Both the position numbers and the translations under genes were made by a program. From Terriglobia bacterium (lineage in GTDB: Bacteria; Acidobacteriota; Vicinamibacteria; Vicinamibacterales; CAVVIG01): 64,000 bases of DNA. Shown piece by piece: positions 59,172 through 64,000 of the stretch. The stretch is from contig JAIQFX010000007.1 in NCBI GenBank assembly GCA_020073005.1, forward strand, positions 51,712 through 115,711, given 5' to 3'. A model generated the notes under the pieces. That model ran no database searches. It was not told where the DNA came from and saw only the letters and a list, made by a program, of their open reading frames with translations. Positions within the stretch are counted from its first letter, which is position 1, and each line of letters opens with the position of its first letter.

Positions 59172-60428
59172 ATGATCGCTCGCCTGAAAGGCTCGCGCCA
59201 CAACCGCTACGTCTCGCGGATCGTCTTCTGCGTGCTCGTCGTCGCCGGCGCGTTGCTGGCGACGCGGCATGGTCAAGCGCACAAGGCCGTCACGTCGAAG
59301 TACACGTACAACGACGACGTGTTTCCGATCCTGCGCGACAGGTGTTCGCGCTGTCACGTGCAGGGCGGTGTCGCGCCGATGTCGCTGATGACGTACGACG
59401 AGGCGTTTCCGTGGGGCGAGTCGATTCGCGCGGAGCTGATCGCCGCGCACATGCCGCCGTGGAACGCCGACGGCGGGTTCGGCGAGCTGAAGCACGCGCA
59501 CGCGCTGTCGCCGAACGAGCTGGACGTGATCCTCACGTGGGTGACGGGCGGCAACCCGCGCGGGTCGCTCGACCAGAAGCTCCCCGCGGTCACGCTCGTG
59601 AACGACTGGACGATGGGCAAGCCGGATCTCGCGCTGCCGCTGCCGTCCGAGTACGCGATGCCGGCCGACTCGATGGAAGAAACGAAGGAATTCACGATTG
59701 CCACCGGCACGACAGAGGCGCGCTGGGTGCGCGCCGTCGATCTGCTGCCGGGCACGCCCGCGATCGTCCGCAGCGCCGTCATCTTCGTGAAGACCGCTGG
59801 CGCCTCGACGGCGGGCGGACCGGCGCCGGAACAGGTACTTGCGCGCTGGGTGCCGGGGCTGGACGCGGAGCCGCTCGAGGGCGGCGCGGCGTACCGCCTG
59901 CCTGCGGGCGCCGAGCTCGGCGTCCGCATCCACTACAGGAAGACGTGGTCGTACGAGAGCAAGCCGATGGCGGATCGCAGCACTGTCGGCGTGTACTTCG
60001 CGCAGGCGAGCGCGGCGCAGGAAGTGTACGCGCTGCCGCTGACGTCGCCGGCGCTGCCCGCGGCCGATGCGACCAACAAATCGATCACGTTTACGCAGGC
60101 GATCGACAGCGACCTGCAGGCGATCGCGCTCAGTCCCGAGCAGGTGCCGGCCAACATCACGCTGCAGGTGCAGGCCGTGCTGCCCAACGGCACGCGCGCG
60201 CCGATGATTCGTCTGAACACGCGCGCCGACTGGGCGCGGCGCTACTGGTTCGAGCATCCGATGGCGCTGCCGCGCGGATCGAAGATCGAGGTCACCGCGA
60301 ACCTCGTCGATCCGGATCTGATGTCAGCCGCATTCGGATCGCCGGCCGCGCCGAAAGCGACCGGGCCGTCGACGCTGCGCCTCGCGCTCGATGTCCTTCC
60401 CGCCGGCGCGAAACCTGTCGCGCCGTAG
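59172..60428 (+). CDS. Secreted/anchored CxxCH-motif protein, paralog of 49685-51166
   Basis: 418 aa; ATG 1 nt after the previous stop. YNDDVFPILRDRCSRCHVQGGVAPMSLMTYDEAFPW...MPPW aligns with the other copy. Confidence 0.65.
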   Translation: MIARLKGSRHNRYVSRIVFCVLVVAGALLATRHGQAHKAVTSKYTYNDDVFPILRDRCSRCHVQGGVAPMSLMTYDEAFPWGESIRAELIAAHMPPWNADGGFGELKHAHALSPNELDVILTWVTGGNPRGSLDQKLPAVTLVNDWTMGKPDLALPLPSEYAMPADSMEETKEFTIATGTTEARWVRAVDLLPGTPAIVRSAVIFVKTAGASTAGGPAPEQVLARWVPGLDAEPLEGGAAYRLPAGAELGVRIHYRKTWSYESKPMADRSTVGVYFAQASAAQEVYALPLTSPALPAADATNKSITFTQAIDSDLQAIALSPEQVPANITLQVQAVLPNGTRAPMIRLNTRADWARRYWFEHPMALPRGSKIEVTANLVDPDLMSAAFGSPAAPKATGPSTLRLALDVLPAGAKPVAP

Positions 60429-60480
60429 AAACTCTTCCGCCCGCAACATCGGCTTTAGCCTGACCCGCCCTCGCCGTTCG

Positions 60481-60496
60481 TGCCATAAATATGGCA
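60481..60496. promoter_or_regulatory. Inverted repeat TGCCATA-AA-TATGGCA upstream of vapB (candidate TA operator/promoter)
   Basis: Perfect 7-bp arms, ending 10 nt before ATG 60507, in an AT-rich patch. Confidence 0.5.
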
Positions 60497-60506
60497 TACT
60501 GAACGT

Positions 60507-60737
60507 ATGCGGACCACGGTCGATATTCCCGATACTGTTTATCGCCGCCTCAAGACGCGCGCGGCCGGAGAGGGCACGTCCGTCCGGGTATTGATTCTGC
60601 GCGGCGTCGAACACGTCGTGCAGGGCAAGGCCCCGGCAGCAACGCGGCGCGTGACGCCACCGCTTCTGAAGTCCAAACAGCCGGGCTCCCTGCGCATCGA
60701 CAATGCCAGAATCTACGACATCATCGGTTTTCCCTGA
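60507..60737 (+). CDS. vapB: Type II antitoxin (VapB-like)
   Basis: 76 aa. MRTTVDIPDTVYRRLKTRAAGEGTSV is typical of antitoxins paired with this PIN family; immediately precedes and overlaps the PIN gene. Confidence 0.75.
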   Translation: MRTTVDIPDTVYRRLKTRAAGEGTSVRVLILRGVEHVVQGKAPAATRRVTPPLLKSKQPGSLRIDNARIYDIIGFP

Positions 60738-61149
60738 CGTCAACGTCTGGCTGGCCCTCACCTCGGCGCGACACGTTCACTACGTCGTCGCGAGCGACTG
60801 GTTTTCCGATGTCGCGGACACGTCTCGTTTCTACTTCTGCCGCCACACGCAGCTGGCCTTGCTGCGGCTCCTGACCTCTGAGACCGTCATGGGCGTGGAC
60901 GTGATGAGTCAGGCGCAGGCGTGGGACGCGTACGACGGTTGGATTCAGGACGATCGCGTGGATTTCCTTGATGAACCCGCCGCGCTCGAGGGCCGCTTTC
61001 GCGGCGCGACCAGGTCGCGACGGCCGGCGACGAAAGACTGGTCGGACGCCTACCTCGCCGCCTTCGCCGGCGCGGCACATCTCACGCTCGTGACCTTCGA
61101 CCGCGCGATGCGGACCAAGGCGAGGCCGGTCATTCTGTTGGGCGGATGA
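60703..61149 (+). CDS. vapC: PIN-domain toxin (VapC family)
   Basis: 148-aa ORF. FPDVNVWLAL (first acidic residue), ..LTSE.., DAYLAAFA..HLTLVTFDR. The exact start is uncertain (ATG 60703 overlaps vapB by 35 nt). Confidence 0.75.
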   Translation: MPESTTSSVFPDVNVWLALTSARHVHYVVASDWFSDVADTSRFYFCRHTQLALLRLLTSETVMGVDVMSQAQAWDAYDGWIQDDRVDFLDEPAALEGRFRGATRSRRPATKDWSDAYLAAFAGAAHLTLVTFDRAMRTKARPVILLGG

Positions 61150-63367
61150 TCGCCGCCGCGCCGACAGCCGCCAACGTCAGCCAGCTCAGACACACCAGCC
61201 ACGGAAACCCGAACGCGTCGAACTGAAAGTCGACGACGTTCGTGCCCGCATCCACGGGGACTGCGCGGAAGATGAAGTTTCCGCCCGAGAGCGGCGTCGC
61301 GCGGCCGTTGACGCTCGCGTTCCATCCGTACGACCAGCTGTCGGTGACCAGCAGCCAGCCTGACGTCGGCACATCAACCTGCAGCGTCAGCCGTCGCGGC
61401 TCGTACGCGACGACGCGCACCGTTCTCGAGTCGAGGCGTTCCGCCGCAGGCGCGGCGTCGAGCGTGGCGTCGCACGGAACGGAAGCACGCGTGGCCGCTC
61501 GAGGCTGATTGGGAGGTCTGTAGGGGAATTTGTAGGATTGGCGCATGACCTCCGGCGAGTGAATCACCAGCGGCGGCGCGCCGAGTTGCGCCGCCCGGGC
61601 CTCGAACGCCTCGAAACATCCGAGGGAGCGGCCGAGACGCGTGACCGCTGCCGAAAACCAGATCCGCCTCTCGCCCGTGGCTGACGCCAGCAGCACCGGA
61701 TCTTCCGCGTAGTCGTCGAACAGCACACCCGCCAGCGGGCTGTATCCGTGCATCGCCGGCGTCTTGGAGACGAACGTGAAATTGCCGCCGTTGTCCGGTA
61801 GTCGCATCAATCCGGCTTGACTCAGCGCCGCGAGCGGCCGATGCTCGCCCGCGACGGCGCGCCAGGCGGCGGACTGGCCGTACATCAGCGGACGGACGAT
61901 TACCGCGGTCCCCAGCGCGTCGACGACGGCGAGTCCCACGAGCGCGAGCGGCATGATGTCCGCTCTACGCTGCCAACCCGCGACCGAGGCAACGGCGACA
62001 AGGGCAGCGGGCGCCAGCCACGTCGCCCACGCATGCGCGCGCGCGATCGTCCGCACCGCCTCACCGTTCACACCCACGAGACCCAGCGTGACGGCGAAGA
62101 CGGTGAGCGCGGCCAGGACGCTGCATGCCGCGATCGCCACGAACCGACGCCATTCGCGGCGCGACTGCGTCTGCAGCGTCGCCGCCAGATCGCGGGCGCC
62201 GAACACGCTCAGCAGGCTGACGCCGAGAATGAAGTAGTTGCGGAAGAGCGCGGGGGCTCTGAAGTAGCGCGTGGGCGGAAACCAGTCGTACAACCAGCCG
62301 CGGAACGGGAGCGCCCTGCCCATCGCGGTGAGCAGAAACCCGATCGCCAGCGCCAGCAGCCACCATCGCAGTCCGCGCCGGCGGCCGATCACCGCCACCG
62401 CGGCCAGGATCGGCACCAGCGTGCCGAGGTACACGCTGCGCATTGCGATGTCCGTGTACTCGAACATGTCGACGAACGCGAAAGCGGGGCTCGCGAGCGT
62501 GAGCAGCGTGGCTGGATGCAGGGCGATTTGCCCGATGACCACCTCGCGCGGAAGCGTGTCCGTCCGCTGGGAATAGCCCGGACCCTCGACGAAGAACGCC
62601 CCATAGGTCGGCGAGAGCACGACCAAGCCAATCAGAAGCACGACGCCGTGCATCACGATCAGGCGCCGGAGCGATGAAGAGAACGACATGCGAGGCGTGG
62701 TGTCCTCCCACAAGACCCGGCCCACGCTCCACAAGAACGCGAAGCACCAATTCAGAAGGACGAGACCCGGATAGCCGGCGAGAGCCGAGAGTCCCCACAA
62801 CGCGCCGGCCTCGGCCGCGGCCCGGTAGCTGCCCGCGCGCATCGCCACGTCGAGGCGCCACAGCACGAGCGGCAGAAACGATATCGTCGCGAAGTGTGGC
62901 GTGTGTTCGGCTTGTCCGGTGTACAGGCCGGAGAACGCGAAGCCCAGCGCCGCGACCACGCCTCCCCACGCCGGCGCGCCGAGACGCCGCGCGAGGATCA
63001 ACACGCCGACGGGACCGAGCACCCAGACCGCAAGCCAGTACAGACCGAATCCAAGACGGCTGCCGCCGGAGACGAACGCCATCAGCATCACGAGCGGAGA
63101 GAACGCGCCCAGCTGAGGCTCGATGTAGTCGGGAGAGCCGCCGTTGATGAAGGGATTCCACAGGAGGAATTCCCCGTGGCGAACGTAGTCGCCGATGAGC
63201 ATGAAGTACGGGCCGAAGCCGTTCAGCGCGTCCCACACCGGCGACACGCGGCCGAGCAGGAGAGGCAGATGTGGAATCAGCGGGACCAGCGCGACCGTGA
63301 CCGCGGCGGCGCGCCACGAATCCATGAGCCGGCCTAGCAGACTGCTCATGCGTTCGTTCACGTCCAT
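61130..63367 (-). CDS. Large polytopic membrane protein (YfhO/GT-C-like)
   Basis: 745 aa, at least 12 TM helices, then a soluble C-terminal domain and a final TM. The family call is tentative. Confidence 0.6.
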   Translation of the reverse strand: MDVNERMSSLLGRLMDSWRAAAVTVALVPLIPHLPLLLGRVSPVWDALNGFGPYFMLIGDYVRHGEFLLWNPFINGGSPDYIEPQLGAFSPLVMLMAFVSGGSRLGFGLYWLAVWVLGPVGVLILARRLGAPAWGGVVAALGFAFSGLYTGQAEHTPHFATISFLPLVLWRLDVAMRAGSYRAAAEAGALWGLSALAGYPGLVLLNWCFAFLWSVGRVLWEDTTPRMSFSSSLRRLIVMHGVVLLIGLVVLSPTYGAFFVEGPGYSQRTDTLPREVVIGQIALHPATLLTLASPAFAFVDMFEYTDIAMRSVYLGTLVPILAAVAVIGRRRGLRWWLLALAIGFLLTAMGRALPFRGWLYDWFPPTRYFRAPALFRNYFILGVSLLSVFGARDLAATLQTQSRREWRRFVAIAACSVLAALTVFAVTLGLVGVNGEAVRTIARAHAWATWLAPAALVAVASVAGWQRRADIMPLALVGLAVVDALGTAVIVRPLMYGQSAAWRAVAGEHRPLAALSQAGLMRLPDNGGNFTFVSKTPAMHGYSPLAGVLFDDYAEDPVLLASATGERRIWFSAAVTRLGRSLGCFEAFEARAAQLGAPPLVIHSPEVMRQSYKFPYRPPNQPRAATRASVPCDATLDAAPAAERLDSRTVRVVAYEPRRLTLQVDVPTSGWLLVTDSWSYGWNASVNGRATPLSGGNFIFRAVPVDAGTNVVDFQFDAFGFPWLVCLSWLTLAAVGAAAIIRPTE

Positions 63368-63407
63368 CTGCCTTTTGCCTTCTGCCTTCTGCCTTCGAAC
63401 TTCACAC
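63366..63407. repeat. Heptamer array ATCTGCC-TTTTGCC-(TTCTGCC)x2-TTCGAAC-TTCACAC
   Basis: Read directly. It occupies the whole 34-nt spacer between the ALDH stop (63402-63404) and the YfhO-like ATG (63365-63367), overlapping both. Confidence 0.9.
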
Positions 63408-64000
63408 TTTCATGACGAAGGGATCCTGTATCTCGTCGCCGAGCTCGCACCAGACGCTCTTGGTCTGTAAATACTGATAGACCGCCTCGATCCCGTTCTG
63501 ACGGCCGATGCCGCTGGCTTTGTAGCCGCCGAACGGCGAATTGAACGTCAGTGCCCGGTACGTGTTCACCCAGACGGTCCCGGCTTCGAGCGCGCGCGCC
63601 ATCTTGTGCGCGCGGCGGACGTCGCGCGTCCAGACGCCGGCCGCGAGACCGAACTCGGTGTCGTTGGCGAGCGCGAGGACGTCCGCTTCGTCCTTGAACG
63701 GCGTGACGGCGAGCACCGGACCGAAGACTTCGTTGCGCATCAGGAAGTTGTCCTTCCCCGCTTGATGCACGATCGTCGGCTCGAAGAAATAGCCGTCGGG
63801 GAATCCGGCGATCGACGGCCGGCCGCCGCCGCACAACAGCGCCGCGCCCTCGGCGACCGCGCGCTTCACCATTGACTCGTCTTTCTCGAGCTGGCCCTTC
63901 GTCGCGACCGGACCCATATGCGTCCCGGCCTTGAGCGGATCGCCGATGACGATCTTCTTCGCGCGCCGCACGATCCGCTCGACGAACGCGTCGTAGATCG
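63402..64000 (-). CDS. NAD(P)-dependent aldehyde dehydrogenase, C-terminal part (runs off the window)
   Basis: IGDPL, FFEPTI, NEVFGPVL, TEFGLAAGVWT, PFGGYKASGIGR motifs. The frame stays open to base 64000. Confidence 0.88.
   Translation of the reverse strand, partial: IYDAFVERIVRRAKKIVIGDPLKAGTHMGPVATKGQLEKDESMVKRAVAEGAALLCGGGRPSIAGFPDGYFFEPTIVHQAGKDNFLMRNEVFGPVLAVTPFKDEADVLALANDTEFGLAAGVWTRDVRRAHKMARALEAGTVWVNTYRALTFNSPFGGYKASGIGRQNGIEAVYQYLQTKSVWCELGDEIQDPFVMKV

Noticed and set aside
1-64000. Search for tRNA, rRNA, transposase/integrase, phage genes or other mobile elements
   Set aside because: No cloverleaf-like GTTCGAATC-type T-arm, no rRNA-like conserved blocks, and no DDE, tyrosine or serine recombinase motifs were seen in any supported ORF. 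I cannot exclude small ncRNAs without covariance-model searches.

Overview
High-GC (roughly 68-70% by eye) bacterial chromosome segment. The gene families present (ADOP-type duplicated FtsX permease, remnant of a Ser/Thr kinase with a TolB-like propeller, many multihaem cytochromes) suggest Acidobacteriota or a similar soil lineage; this is inference, since no search was possible. I support about 60 protein genes, mostly on the minus strand and often joined by ATGA/GTGA overlaps. I saw no rRNA, tRNA, cas genes, transposase or integrase. Blocks in order: hypF; a Hyb-type [NiFe] uptake hydrogenase operon (hybO-A-B-C-D) with an ADOP permease coupled to its 3' end and two paralogous pentahaem cytochromes upstream; Hsp20, Zn-ADH, DUF1810; ArsR + SdpI-like + ABC exporter; OsmC; feoB-feoA plus an AhbD/NirJ-like radical SAM gene; a six-gene porin-cytochrome cluster (MtrB/PioB-like barrel, DmsE/MtrA-type decahaem, ImcH-like NapC/NirT cytochrome, cytochrome b plus nonahaem c resembling a split CbcL, monohaem c); a kinase remnant; a Tat-exported XDH/aldehyde-oxidoreductase trimer; two radical SAM genes; a frameshifted DUF4159 gene; a TIGR00300/LOR-SDH protein; a low-GC lipoprotein islet; an ACIII-like complex (monohaem c, ActA, split ActB, ActC, ActD); CxxCH/DBH-like secreted proteins; ThuA; a TRAP transporter; an esterase-PDZ protein; vapBC; a YfhO-like membrane protein; a partial ALDH. 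The two most unusual observations are the combined extracellular-electron-transfer cluster and a pervasive system of 7-nt-period tandem arrays. These arrays fall into several sequence families and sit exactly on gene boundaries. They supply ribosome-binding regions, bracket one gene as inverted arrays, and occur once in frame inside a molybdopterin oxidoreductase gene. All functional calls rest on motif and architecture recognition and need HMM/BLAST confirmation.
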